Shown: positions 49,251 through 59,304, numbered from the stretch's first letter. The stretch is 64,000 bases of DNA from Candidatus Kapaibacterium sp. (GCA_963664875.1 OY761611.1:3744001-3808000); one strand, 5' to 3'. Notes: generated by a model not told the origin, from the letters alone. Numbers and translations are program-made.

Positions 49251-52200
49251 ATGGATTTATTTGTCAGAGCTTTGGAAGAGCGAGCGAAGGAATTAAACTG
49301 CCTTTATAAAATTGAAGAAATTCTTTCTTCTAATTATAATCAGGACGACGAGAAAGTATTTTTTGAGCTAATTAAAGCTATTCCCTTAGGTTGCAAATAC
49401 CCTTACTATGCTGATATAAAAATTACTATCAACAGCACAGATTATGCTAATCCCAATTTTCAAAAATCTCCCTGGGTGCTAAGCTCAGATATAATAATCC
49501 AGGACGAGATTGTAGGGAAAATTGAATTATATTATTTAGTTGAGCTCCCCGAAGCTGATGAGGGACCTTTCCTGAAAGAGGAAAGAAAACTTATAGATAC
49601 CATTGCTGACAGGCTCGGGCATTATATCCTTTATAAACGCCTGAAAGTGGTATTTAGCGAATTGCAGGCTCAGCAGCAGGGGATCGCAAAGCCAAAACCG
49701 GAATGGATGGTGATTCTGGATATGCTTAAAAAAACAGATCAAAATCTGTTTTCTATCATAGCAAGAAAAATGATAAATCATCTATATTTCAAAGGTATTC
49801 CCGAAACACATGATTTATTCAAGAAGCTTGGTACATTAGACGAAGACGAGCAAAATTCTACTGAGGTGAATCGTCCTTCCAAAAAGCAGATTTTGGAAAA
49901 CTCTTATATTCTGGGTAAAAAGATTTTCAAAATTGCTGAAAAAAATATGCATGAAAACGAGATTTTGACGCTTATCCAAAAGTGGATGAACGAAGAAAAA
50001 GCTCATTTTCTTGTTAAATCTTTGGCGTCTCTTTCTACTACACACAATGACATTGCTGATGCTATAAGAAGATATAATCACATTATTCCGAGATCCGAAG
50101 AAAAAGAATCATCAATAACAAAAGGAATAAGAGTTTCTCTTATCCGAAGGTTTTTGTCCGATCAGCTGGAATTTATAAATATTGCCAAAAACTATGGCTC
50201 TATCGAAGATTTCAACAATCTTCTCAATAATATGGTCTATCCAAATGATTCTTATGGAAAAATAGGAGGCAAAGCCGCAGGTCTGTTTCTTGCTACAAGA
50301 ATATTGGAAGCATCGGATGATTTCAAAAATTTCTTTTCGAAATTAAAGACACCTAAAACTTGGTATTTGACTTCAGATGCTTTTATGAGCTTTATTTATT
50401 ATAATAACTTTGAAGATGTAATCGAACAAAAATATAGAGACAGCGATCAGATTCGCCATGAATATCCGCATATTATTCAAGCTTTCAAAAATTCGCAGTT
50501 TCCGTCTGTAATTATCAATGGGCTTTCGCGTGCTCTTGATGATTTTGGAGACAATCCGATAATCGTACGTTCTTCCAGCTTGTTGGAAGATAGGATGGGA
50601 ACAGCATTTGCCGGGAAATATAAATCACTTTTCCTTGCAAATCAGGGTACTAAAAAGGAAAAAATGGACGCTCTGATGGATGCAATAGCTGAGGTTTACG
50701 CCTCGATATTTAGTCCTGATCCGATTGGTTACAGAGCTGAAAGAGGTTTGCTTGATTTCAATGAAGAAATGGGGATCATGATTCAGGAAGTAGTCGGACA
50801 GAAATTTGGGAAGTATTTTTTCCCTGCTTTTGCCGGTGTTGCTTTTAGCAATAACGAATTCCGATGGTCACCCCGCATTAAAAGAGAAGACGGACTAATC
50901 CGTATCGTCCCGGGATTGGGCACAAGGGCAGTAGATAGAATACCTGATGACCACCCTGTCCTAATCGCTCCCGGTCAGTCTAATTTAAGATTGCACCAGA
51001 CATATCAGGATGTACTTGGCTATGCGCCGAAGTCTATGGATGTAATCAATCTTGTTACTAACACTTTCGAAACTGTGCAGGTAGATCATATAATAAAACA
51101 GGTGGGCAATAAATATCCTATGCTCAATCAGGTGTTTTCTATTCATGAACCGCAGCATATCAAAACCCCGATAGGTTTGGGGATTAATGCACAGAAAGAT
51201 GATGTAGTAGTTACATTTGAAAATTTGATTTCGAATACTGATTATATTAAAACGCTATACTCTATACTGAAAATTCTTCATAAGCAGATGGAAACTCCTG
51301 TAGATATTGAGTTTGCCTGTGACGGTAATAATTTATATTTACTTCAGGCTCGGCCTCAGTCTTCTTCTTATGAAGCAAAATCAGCAAGGATACCGAATAA
51401 TGTGCCTGATAGCCGAAAAGTGTTTACTGCTAATAAATTTGTCTCAAACGGTAAAGTCCCTGACATTGCTTATATAGTCTATGTTGACCCTGAGGCTTAC
51501 AGCAAATATTCTGAACTTAATCATCTGAAAGATGTTGGAAAGGCTGTTGGAAAATTAAATAAGCTACTACCCAAAAAGACTTTTATACTTATGGGACCCG
51601 GCAGATGGGGCACTCGTGATGACATCAGACTTGGAGTATCTGTAAGTTACTCCGATATTAATAACACGGCTGTACTGATTGAAATGGCTCGCAAAAAAGG
51701 AAATTATGTGCCTGATTTGTCTTTTGGTACTCACTTTTTCCAGGATTTGGTAGAGGCTTCTATCAGATATTTGCCTTTGTATCCTGATGAAAAAGATGTA
51801 GTCTTCAATGAAGAGTTCTTACTTAAAGCAGAAAATACATTGACTAGATTTTTGCCGGAGTTCGAGCATATAGCCGATTCGCTGAGAGTAATCAATGTAA
51901 GAGAAGCGACTAACGGCATGATACTAAGGCTCTTTATGAATGCAGATGAAGACAGAGCTTTGGCTATGCTTGCAGATCCAAAATCTCCTATTGCGTATGA
52001 TGGTGACGACTTTGAAGCGATTGGCTCCGATGAAGTCAAAGAGCCACTCCAATGGAGGCTTCGTATGATTGAAGCTCTCGCAGAAAGCTTAGAACCTGAA
52101 AGGTTTGGAGTCAAAGGTGTTTATCTGTTCGGTACTGTTTTTAACGAAACTGCAGGGCCAAATTCCGACATAGACCTCCTCGTTCGGTTCGACGGTACAA

Positions 52201-52409
52201 ACAGGCAGAGAGATGAACTCGAAATCTGGATAGAAGGCTGGAATTTATGCCTGAGCCAAATCAATTACAATAAGTCAGGCTACAAAATCAACAAAATCAT
52301 TGACGCTTATATTATGACCGATGATATGATAAACGAACAGCCTTACTACAAAGATATGATAGATTCAAGCAAAAAAACTGCAAGAAAGCTTGTGCTCGGA
52401 CAGAAATAA
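49251..52409 (+). CDS. PEP/pyruvate-binding (PPDK_N ATP-grasp) protein with N-terminal sensor-like domain and C-terminal nucleotidyltransferase
   Basis: ERAKELNCLY/GPFLKEE N-domain; IGGKAAGL, VRSSSLLED..AFAGKY and DIEFA..LQARP; C-terminal VYLFGT...SDIDLLV. Confidence 0.85.
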   Translation: MDLFVRALEERAKELNCLYKIEEILSSNYNQDDEKVFFELIKAIPLGCKYPYYADIKITINSTDYANPNFQKSPWVLSSDIIIQDEIVGKIELYYLVELPEADEGPFLKEERKLIDTIADRLGHYILYKRLKVVFSELQAQQQGIAKPKPEWMVILDMLKKTDQNLFSIIARKMINHLYFKGIPETHDLFKKLGTLDEDEQNSTEVNRPSKKQILENSYILGKKIFKIAEKNMHENEILTLIQKWMNEEKAHFLVKSLASLSTTHNDIADAIRRYNHIIPRSEEKESSITKGIRVSLIRRFLSDQLEFINIAKNYGSIEDFNNLLNNMVYPNDSYGKIGGKAAGLFLATRILEASDDFKNFFSKLKTPKTWYLTSDAFMSFIYYNNFEDVIEQKYRDSDQIRHEYPHIIQAFKNSQFPSVIINGLSRALDDFGDNPIIVRSSSLLEDRMGTAFAGKYKSLFLANQGTKKEKMDALMDAIAEVYASIFSPDPIGYRAERGLLDFNEEMGIMIQEVVGQKFGKYFFPAFAGVAFSNNEFRWSPRIKREDGLIRIVPGLGTRAVDRIPDDHPVLIAPGQSNLRLHQTYQDVLGYAPKSMDVINLVTNTFETVQVDHIIKQVGNKYPMLNQVFSIHEPQHIKTPIGLGINAQKDDVVVTFENLISNTDYIKTLYSILKILHKQMETPVDIEFACDGNNLYLLQARPQSSSYEAKSARIPNNVPDSRKVFTANKFVSNGKVPDIAYIVYVDPEAYSKYSELNHLKDVGKAVGKLNKLLPKKTFILMGPGRWGTRDDIRLGVSVSYSDINNTAVLIEMARKKGNYVPDLSFGTHFFQDLVEASIRYLPLYPDEKDVVFNEEFLLKAENTLTRFLPEFEHIADSLRVINVREATNGMILRLFMNADEDRALAMLADPKSPIAYDGDDFEAIGSDEVKEPLQWRLRMIEALAESLEPERFGVKGVYLFGTVFNETAGPNSDIDLLVRFDGTNRQRDELEIWIEGWNLCLSQINYNKSGYKINKIIDAYIMTDDMINEQPYYKDMIDSSKKTARKLVLGQK

Positions 52410-52436
52410 ATCATAAAGTCATCTGCTAACATTTAC

Positions 52437-52477
52437 AAGCAACTATTGGTACTGCTTACCTTTAGTTGCTTTTTTTT
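52437..52477 (+). terminator. Intrinsic terminator
   Basis: AAGCAACTA...TAGTTGCTT followed by a T-run. Confidence 0.7.
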
Positions 52478-52563
52478 ACTCGTTTTCCCTTATGAAAACA
52501 GTAGCTACTTGGTTTTTCAGATAGGATTTTATTTTGAAATAGAAACCTGATGAGTAATTTTAA

Positions 52564-53566
52564 CCCGATTTTGTCATTAAAACTCAAAAATACTAGCAAA
52601 TTCCTTTATTTGCATATAATAATTCAAATCGTAAATGTATGGGAAACTTACATATTGAATCATTGAAGAGGCTGTCTCCTAATCAATTTAATATGTTTAA
52701 AATTCATCATTTCACTTCGGCAAGCTCCGAAAACGCTTCCCAAGAAGAGGAATTGAAAGCGGCATAAGTTCTTATAACTACTTTTATTTGAATGGATTAC
52801 ACATTCCCCTCTTGAGCGATGTGCTGAGCGAGCACCGCGAGTCGAAGTAGGGTGGCATGCTAAGCATGACGGGGTGGAAAAAAGGATATAGATTTTATAA
52901 TTCACATTTTGACTTCTTAGACAGCCTCCCAAGATACATGTGAACTACTTAAATTGGTTTTCAAATGACAAATTCCATCTAACTAATTGTAAGAAAGTAG
53001 TTGTTAGAATGAAAGACAACGATATGAAGAAAATTTTTATTATTTTAAACCATATTGAGTTTATTAGTTAAAGGTTGAGTCGAATAATATTGGCTAATAA
53101 GAATATATTTTCAGCCTGAAAGGCTGATATAAAATAGCCCATGGCAGCGCCATGGGACGGTTGCAAGTATTGAGTAAACAGAGCCCTGTAAGGGCGGCAA
53201 GACTTTCCTTTACAGGTGATATAAATAAGAGATTAGTGTTACTTTTTCCATTTCTTTTTCTTTTTTTTGCGATAAAAAAGAAACGGCACTTCGACAAGCT
53301 CAGTGACCTTTGGAAAAAGAAAAAAGAACGCTTTGTCTCCTCTCCTCATATAGTGTTTAAGCGTAAAAAGCACATCCAATTAAGGAATTACTGAAAACAA
53401 ATGTCTATATTAAGGAGTGCTGATGCAATATATAGGCAATACAAGGACTATTTACTATGATATCATATATTTTTTTTCGACTATATGATATTATGTATAG
53501 AGAAAAAAATAGACAAACAGTTAGCTTTTTTTTGCCACAAACGCAAGTTTGTATTAGGGATCTCGG
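52564..53566 (+). mobile_element. Repeated element, copy C (1003 bp), carrying extra nested inserts
   Basis: Co-linear with 3033-3827. Flanks are TTTAA and TTTAT. Confidence 0.8.
52668..52928. mobile_element. 261-bp MITE-like insert with GAGGCTGTCT/AGACAGCCTC terminal inverted repeats
   Basis: Perfect 10-bp TIR, absent from copy A. The right end recurs at 60364-60385. Resemblance to IS1182-type ends is from recall and not verified. Confidence 0.7.
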
Positions 53567-53825
53567 TTTATGACACAATAATTGCCTCTCTGCCGGATTA
53601 TACATTTCTACTCTATCATCCTCTTTAATTATCACTATTTTTATTCGTGCAAGTCCAAAATTGATTAGACAAATACTCTTGTCTTGGATTAGCAGGTGTG
53701 TTTGAGTGCGATTTTCTGACGGCTTTATTCCAAAAAGCATATAATACTTTAATAAATTTTGCTATCTTTGTGGATTAGTGCAAAATTTATTGTCTTATGT
53801 ATAAACTTATGCTATTGGAGATTGT

Positions 53826-55832
53826 TTGATGGATAATCAGCAACAAAGATTGGGCGATTTACCTGAAAACGCCTATCGTGAGTTGAAGGATGGGGAAGAG
53901 TACCATCCCGTCATGTCTGCCGGTAAAGTTTTCCCTGAGGTAACTCCTTGGTCTATCTTTTGGGGACTTTTGATGGCAGTAATCTTTTCTGCCGCTGCGG
54001 CTTATTCCGGTCTTAAAATCGGCCAGGTTATCGAAGCAGCTATTCCTATTTCTATTATTGCCGTTGGTGCAGCTACTTTCTTTAAAAAGAAAAATATGTT
54101 GGGTCAAAATGTAATCATCCAATCTATCGGTGCAAGCTCCGGTGTGATTGTGGCAGGTGCTGTATTTACTATTCCTGCTCTTTACATTTTGAATCTGCAG
54201 GTAAGCTTTTGGCATATATTTCTGTCTTCTTTGACAGGTGGTTTTCTTGGTATTTTGTTTTTGATACCGTTTAGAAAATACTTCGTCAAAGATATGCACG
54301 GCAAATTTCCTTTTCCTGAGGCAAAAGCCACTACGGAAATCCTTATCACCGGTGAAAAAGGTGGAGCTCAAGCCGGCGTGCTGATTGCTTCAGGTCTTAT
54401 CGGTGGACTTTATGATTTCTTGTTCTCTTCGGTTAAACTTTTTGGCGAGAGATTTACATCTAATATTCTTCCTTTCGGCGAAACTCTTGCTACTAAATAC
54501 AAAATGCTTTTCCAGCTAAATATCAGTGCCATGATTGTTGGTTTTGGCTATCTGGTAGGTTTGCAGTTTGCTACTATTATTGCTGTTGGTTCGTTGCTTG
54601 CATGGTTTGTTTTCATTCCTTTGATCAATGAAATCGGAAATATCATCGCCGCAAGCGGAGGTACAAATATATTTGAAGCAATGTCTGCAGGTCAGATTTT
54701 TGCATCTTATGTTAGACCAATTGGTATTGGTGCTATTGCTACTGCAGGTATCATTGGTATTATCAAATCTTCCCCTGTTATCGGCTCTGCTTTCAAATTA
54801 GCAGTTGGTGGTAGCAAAAGTGCTGAAGGACCTACAGAATCAAATACTGTCAGAACTGATATGGATATCAAAATGCCGTTTATTATCATGTTCGCAGGTT
54901 TGACTATCGTAGGTATATTCCTATTCTTACTTAATGGATTTGATATTACTTTCTCTCAGGCAATCGTTGCATTGCTCACAGTTGTAATTATTTCATTCCT
55001 ATTTACTTCTGTGGCAGCTAACGCCATTGCTATTGTAGGCTCTAACCCGGTATCAGGTATGACATTGATGACTTTGATATTGTCATCTTTCATTCTTGTT
55101 CAAATGGGATTGTCCGGCGAGGCAGGTATGACCTCAGTGCTAATTATCGGTGGTATCGTTTGTACTGCACTTTCTATGGCAGGCGGCTTTATTACTGACT
55201 TAAAAATTGGTTACTGGTTGGGTTCTACTCCTGTGAAACAGCAGAGCTGGAAATTTTTGGGTACTTTGGTATCAGCCGCTACTGTTGGTTTAGTAATTTT
55301 TATATTAAATCAGGCTTACGGTTTTGTAGCAACACCTGAAACTCCTAATCCGATGCTTGCACCGCAGGCAAATGCAATGGCAGCAATTATTCAGCCGCTA
55401 ATGGATCCAAATGCAAACATCAGCTGGATGCTTTACTTGGTTGGTGGTATCCTTGCTGTATTGCTAAACATGATTAAAATTTCTCCGCTTGCATTCGCAC
55501 TTGGTATGTACTTACCTTTGGAATTAAACACTCCGTTGTTGGTTGGTGGCTTGATGGCTCACTTCCTACAAAAAGGTAAAGACAAAGAATTGGCAGAAGC
55601 AAGACACCAAAGAGCAACATTGATTTCTTCCGGTTATATAGCCGGAGCTGCGATATTTGGCGTAGTTGGTGCTATTCTGTTATTCTTCGGAGTAAACCTT
55701 GATATGCAAATTTTCACTGATGCATCAGGTAAAATGGTAAATGAGCACGGAGCTGAAATAGCAGCATTTTTTGCGTTTTCGGCATTGGTAGCATTTACAA
55801 TCTGGTTATCTATGAAAGCCAAAAAAGACTAA
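53826..55832 (+). CDS. OPT family oligopeptide transporter
   Basis: YSGLKIG, NVIIQSI, PFPE, SNPVSGM, DLKIGYWLG.TP..QQ, APQANAM and GMYLP motifs. Confidence 0.93.
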   Translation: MMDNQQQRLGDLPENAYRELKDGEEYHPVMSAGKVFPEVTPWSIFWGLLMAVIFSAAAAYSGLKIGQVIEAAIPISIIAVGAATFFKKKNMLGQNVIIQSIGASSGVIVAGAVFTIPALYILNLQVSFWHIFLSSLTGGFLGILFLIPFRKYFVKDMHGKFPFPEAKATTEILITGEKGGAQAGVLIASGLIGGLYDFLFSSVKLFGERFTSNILPFGETLATKYKMLFQLNISAMIVGFGYLVGLQFATIIAVGSLLAWFVFIPLINEIGNIIAASGGTNIFEAMSAGQIFASYVRPIGIGAIATAGIIGIIKSSPVIGSAFKLAVGGSKSAEGPTESNTVRTDMDIKMPFIIMFAGLTIVGIFLFLLNGFDITFSQAIVALLTVVIISFLFTSVAANAIAIVGSNPVSGMTLMTLILSSFILVQMGLSGEAGMTSVLIIGGIVCTALSMAGGFITDLKIGYWLGSTPVKQQSWKFLGTLVSAATVGLVIFILNQAYGFVATPETPNPMLAPQANAMAAIIQPLMDPNANISWMLYLVGGILAVLLNMIKISPLAFALGMYLPLELNTPLLVGGLMAHFLQKGKDKELAEARHQRATLISSGYIAGAAIFGVVGAILLFFGVNLDMQIFTDASGKMVNEHGAEIAAFFAFSALVAFTIWLSMKAKKD

Positions 55833-55854
55833 GAAAGTCTTTCAAATATTAGAC

Positions 55855-55891
55855 AGAGGGAGCTTTTCGCGAGAGAGGCTTCCTTTTTTTT
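55855..55891 (+). terminator. Intrinsic terminator
   Basis: AGGGAGCTTTTC...GAGAGGCTTCCT followed by a T-run. Confidence 0.7.
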
Positions 55892-56218
55892 GTTTAACAT
55901 AAATTTCAAACTTGATTTAGACGAAAAGAATTGCTATCTTGATCCATCTCTGTATAGCAATAGAGATGCGTTTTACGGTTCTTACACATGCAAATTGCAG
56001 TTCTTTTACGATGCTGCCGGAAACAGACTAAGAAATCAAAGTCTAACTTTTTCTGATTATAGACATGGCTCCATTAGTTCGCCGCGTCTAAAAGTTCTTT
56101 CAAGAAATAACTACTTCCCTTTCGGTATGTTAGTGCCGGACCGGTTCGCAAATGAAGAAGATGCAAAGCCACGCTTCAAAGGTCACTGAGCGAGCAAAGC
56201 GAGTCGAAGTGTAATGGC
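55890..56218 (+). pseudogene. Collapsed Rhs core remnant, frameshifted from the toxin ORF by an inserted element
   Basis: FFYDAAGNRL, LTFSDY and NYFPFGM...PRF motifs. The element at 56177-56211 supplies the TGA stop. Confidence 0.75.
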
Positions 56219-57304
56219 ATGGAACGCGAAGATGAAATAGCGGGATTGGGGAATAGCTATAGCACTGCGAATAGAAATTATGATTCAAGAACTGCAAGGT
56301 GGTATAGTTTAGATCCTGCAAAAAAGAAATATCCTAATAAAAGCGCATATACTTCTTTTGGGAATAACCCTATTCTTTATACCGATCCTGGTGGGGATGA
56401 TTATATGCTTGTAATAAACCATAATGCCAGAACAATTACAGTACGTGCTTGTTTCCAAAATGTTTCTGAGGGTGATGCTTATGATGCAACTATTTCTAAT
56501 GCTATAACAACATTAAGTACAGAGATGAACAAATTTGTTTATACAACTAATTCTGGAATCGAATATGAAATTATTGCTGATATTTCAGTCTATAATGAAC
56601 ATAAATACTCTTATGCTGAACATGGGCCAATTAATAATATACTTGTAGATGAAGGAAGTGGAGTTATGGAAAGGGGGAATGAATATTTTGGCAATGAACA
56701 TACTATGAAAAAGATGAATCGTAGATCTGGTGGAGGAATTACGTACTTTGACAAAATATTTGTTTATTCATGGCAACAAAGAAATAATAGTCGAAGTATA
56801 ATGCATGAAATAGGACATTCGTTGGGTTTTCTTCATTTATTAGGAAGTAGAATAGATGAAGAAACGAGTCCTCCTTCTATTAAAGGATTTACAGGTATAA
56901 TGGATCCATTAGCATCAGGTCTTACTTTTTCTGGTCAAGGGATAGAAACTATGTTGGGAGCTGCGGGTATAGGTAAGTATTGGTTTATGAGGTATCCACA
57001 AATGTCTAATGATAAGTGTGTTGCTTCTTCCAATTTTAGAGAGATATATGTTCCTTCTCAGGGTATTGGAAGACCAAGAGCATTCGATGGTGGTTTAATA
57101 GAAGATTCTATATTTGATTCAACAATATGGGATGGTTGGGCAGATACAGATGGTTGGACACTTCCTGGCGATGTTTCTAGAACGTTGCTATTTATGGATA
57201 ACTACAAAAACGCTTTGAAGTTTTCAACACAAACTGGAAGTCAAAAACCAGTGGATTGGGATTTTATTGATGGTGAAGTTTCACAAAAAACTCAGGAAGA
57301 TTAA
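56219..57304 (+). CDS. Orphan Rhs C-terminal toxin with metzincin-type metallopeptidase domain
   Basis: R.YD.R..RW.S.DP, NPILYTDPGG (PxxxxDPxG), HEIGHSLGFLH and a GIMDP Met-turn. Confidence 0.8.
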   Translation: MEREDEIAGLGNSYSTANRNYDSRTARWYSLDPAKKKYPNKSAYTSFGNNPILYTDPGGDDYMLVINHNARTITVRACFQNVSEGDAYDATISNAITTLSTEMNKFVYTTNSGIEYEIIADISVYNEHKYSYAEHGPINNILVDEGSGVMERGNEYFGNEHTMKKMNRRSGGGITYFDKIFVYSWQQRNNSRSIMHEIGHSLGFLHLLGSRIDEETSPPSIKGFTGIMDPLASGLTFSGQGIETMLGAAGIGKYWFMRYPQMSNDKCVASSNFREIYVPSQGIGRPRAFDGGLIEDSIFDSTIWDGWADTDGWTLPGDVSRTLLFMDNYKNALKFSTQTGSQKPVDWDFIDGEVSQKTQED

Positions 57305-57306
57305 CA

Positions 57307-57867
57307 ATGAGATTATATTGTATATATATATTGTTGTGTATATTGATAATGTCACCATCTGGATTGGAGTCTCATCTTAAAGAATCTATTGCGATTAAGT
57401 ATATTGATATCAATATATTGTTTTATAACAATACTGAAATAAGTTATTTTGAAGTTAATCAACTAAATTTTAACTTGGTATTTTTGCAGAAGTTACAGAA
57501 TAGAAAATATGAAAAGTACCTTTTGTTTTTAAGACACCAGAGTTTAGAAAGTCCATTCTTGTTAAATGATCCGACGTATGTTAGAAATATATATAAATTA
57601 GATGATTTCTTATATTTAGAACACTGTTTATATAAGTCTTCATGTGCTAAAAAAATAAATCAAATTGATATTGTTAATGAAATCATAAATGTAGTTACTA
57701 ATTTAGTTATGATAAGTGGTTTTTCAAAACTAACGAATCAGTATTGCAACTTAACAATGTTAAAGAATGATTCATATTTTATAAAAACTCATATTAAATC
57801 AGATACATTGGTACTTGATTTTTCGTATGATGTGTCTAAAGCAAATATATATCAATATGTAGATTAA
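57307..57867 (+). CDS. Cognate immunity protein candidate
   Basis: Starts 2 nt after the toxin stop; signal peptide; very AT-rich. Confidence 0.6.
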   Translation: MRLYCIYILLCILIMSPSGLESHLKESIAIKYIDINILFYNNTEISYFEVNQLNFNLVFLQKLQNRKYEKYLLFLRHQSLESPFLLNDPTYVRNIYKLDDFLYLEHCLYKSSCAKKINQIDIVNEIINVVTNLVMISGFSKLTNQYCNLTMLKNDSYFIKTHIKSDTLVLDFSYDVSKANIYQYVD

Positions 57868-57971
57868 AAGAAAATAGATTACCTATGGACACAGATCATA
57901 GCTGTGATGGCTAAGATTTTATTGTTTTTTCAAGAAGCCCAGGCAAAGGCTGCAGGGCGTAGCACGCCCTA

Positions 57972-58165
57972 CGCCAAATCGGTCACAAACAATACGAACT
58001 TACTGACCACCTTGGTACTTCGACAGGCTCAGTAACCGGGGCTAACTTTTTCTGATTATAGACAAGGCTCCATTAGTTCGCCACGTCTAAAAGTTCTTTC
58101 AAGAAATAACTACTTCCCTTTCGGTATGCTAATGCCGGATAACTACTATCAGGATGGCAGTAGAT
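57972..58165 (+). pseudogene. Rhs core fragment (RQIGHKQYELTDHLG / LTFSDY...NYFPFGMLMP) with inserted element
   Basis: Near-identical to 56043-56140 and 44781-44886. Insert at 58016-58039. Confidence 0.8.
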
Positions 58166-58170
58166 CGGAA

Positions 58171-58388
58171 ATTCCCCTCGTTGAGCGATGTGCTGAGCGA
58201 GCAAAGCGAGTCGAAGTAGGGTGGCACGTAGTACCGGGGTGGAAACACACGAAGCACAACTGTTTCAATGTAGGTAAATGTAATTCCTACAGATTAATTT
58301 AGCAATAAAATATTTAGGTGTAGTGATAGTATTTAGATTCTTATCCACCCCGTCAAGCCCTTGGCTTGCCACCCCTCAAGAGCGGAAT
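58171..58388. repeat. Inverted pair of CCCCTC/GGGGTGG REP-like elements, the first interrupted by a CTGAGC..GTCGAAG insert
   Basis: 58171-58245 (+) matches 52803-52880. An uninterrupted inverted copy lies at 58345-58388. Confidence 0.7.
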
Positions 58389-58410
58389 GGAGCGGGTTTT
58401 GAGACTTTTT

Positions 58411-58636
58411 CGCCAATTCGGTCACAAACAATACGAGCTAACAGTGTTTTCAAACATTATGAAAGTTTAAGCTACTGTCATATCTTTAAACTCAACTACG
58501 AATCAAAATTTCCTTCAATGAATTTATACAATGGAATAGTATCAATCCAGTTTTGGATGAACTTGCTAAAGGGATGTATATTCTTCAGATAGTTTATGCC
58601 GACACTGCTATTTCTTATAAGATATTGAAAAATTGA
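58411..58636 (+). pseudogene. Short Rhs handle followed by a T9SS CTD remnant
   Basis: CGCCAATTCGGTCACAAACAATACGAGCT, then a frame reading ...LDELAKGMYILQIVYADTAISYKILKN* with no plausible start. Confidence 0.55.
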
Positions 58637-58868
58637 GGTGCTTGTCAAAACCATCGACATTTCTTTCACTAAATAGCTTAAAATTTTAAGTTTTTGGTCT
58701 CATATTAGCAACAATTCATTTATTCTGTATAATAAAAATGTGTATATTATAATGTATGCATAAGTCAGTTTATTCTATGTTGGTTATGTTCAGTATAGAG
58801 TTTACCTATTTGCATTGAAGTCTAAATTACTGATAAATCTAAAAAAGTGGGATGCTTGAGGTTGGTCT

Positions 58869-59288
58869 ATGCCAGTAAAGTTACTCGATAATCCTGAGTT
58901 ATTTCCTACTGATAAAGTAATTAGCGAAGCTCTACTTGAAAGAGCTCCAATTTTCGATTGTATAAAGGAAACGGCGAAATCAGTAAATAATGAATTAGTT
59001 TTCGAATGGAATTATTACAAAGACGGGAAAGCGTGGCTTTGTAAAGTTATCTTAAAGAAAAAAACGATATTTTGGCTTTCGTTATGGGAAGGTAGTATCA
59101 AAGTTACGTTTTATTACTCAGACAAGAATAAAGAGTTATTCCTAGGGTCTAATATCGATAGTATTTACAAAGAAATGCTAAATTCTGCCAAAGCTATTGG
59201 GAAAATTACTCCACTAACTTTATCATTTTGTGAAATGCCCAAAATCGATGATTTTAAAAAACTTATAGAATTTAAAATAAAACATTGA
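58869..59288 (+). CDS. DUF3788-like protein
   Basis: EWNYYKDGKAWLCKV..KKKTIFWL motif. Confidence 0.75.
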   Translation: MPVKLLDNPELFPTDKVISEALLERAPIFDCIKETAKSVNNELVFEWNYYKDGKAWLCKVILKKKTIFWLSLWEGSIKVTFYYSDKNKELFLGSNIDSIYKEMLNSAKAIGKITPLTLSFCEMPKIDDFKKLIEFKIKH

Positions 59289-59304
59289 AAATAAAGAGGT
59301 ATCA

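Noticed and set aside
55890-58165. Diversity-generating retroelement template/variable repeat pair (56043-56140 versus 58042-58140)
   Set aside because: The few mismatches are not restricted to adenines, no reverse transcriptase is in the window, and the repeat is Rhs core sequence.
58591-58601. AGTTTATGCCG match to the nested small element
   Set aside because: Only 11 bp long and lies in frame within the T9SS CTD remnant, so it is likely chance.
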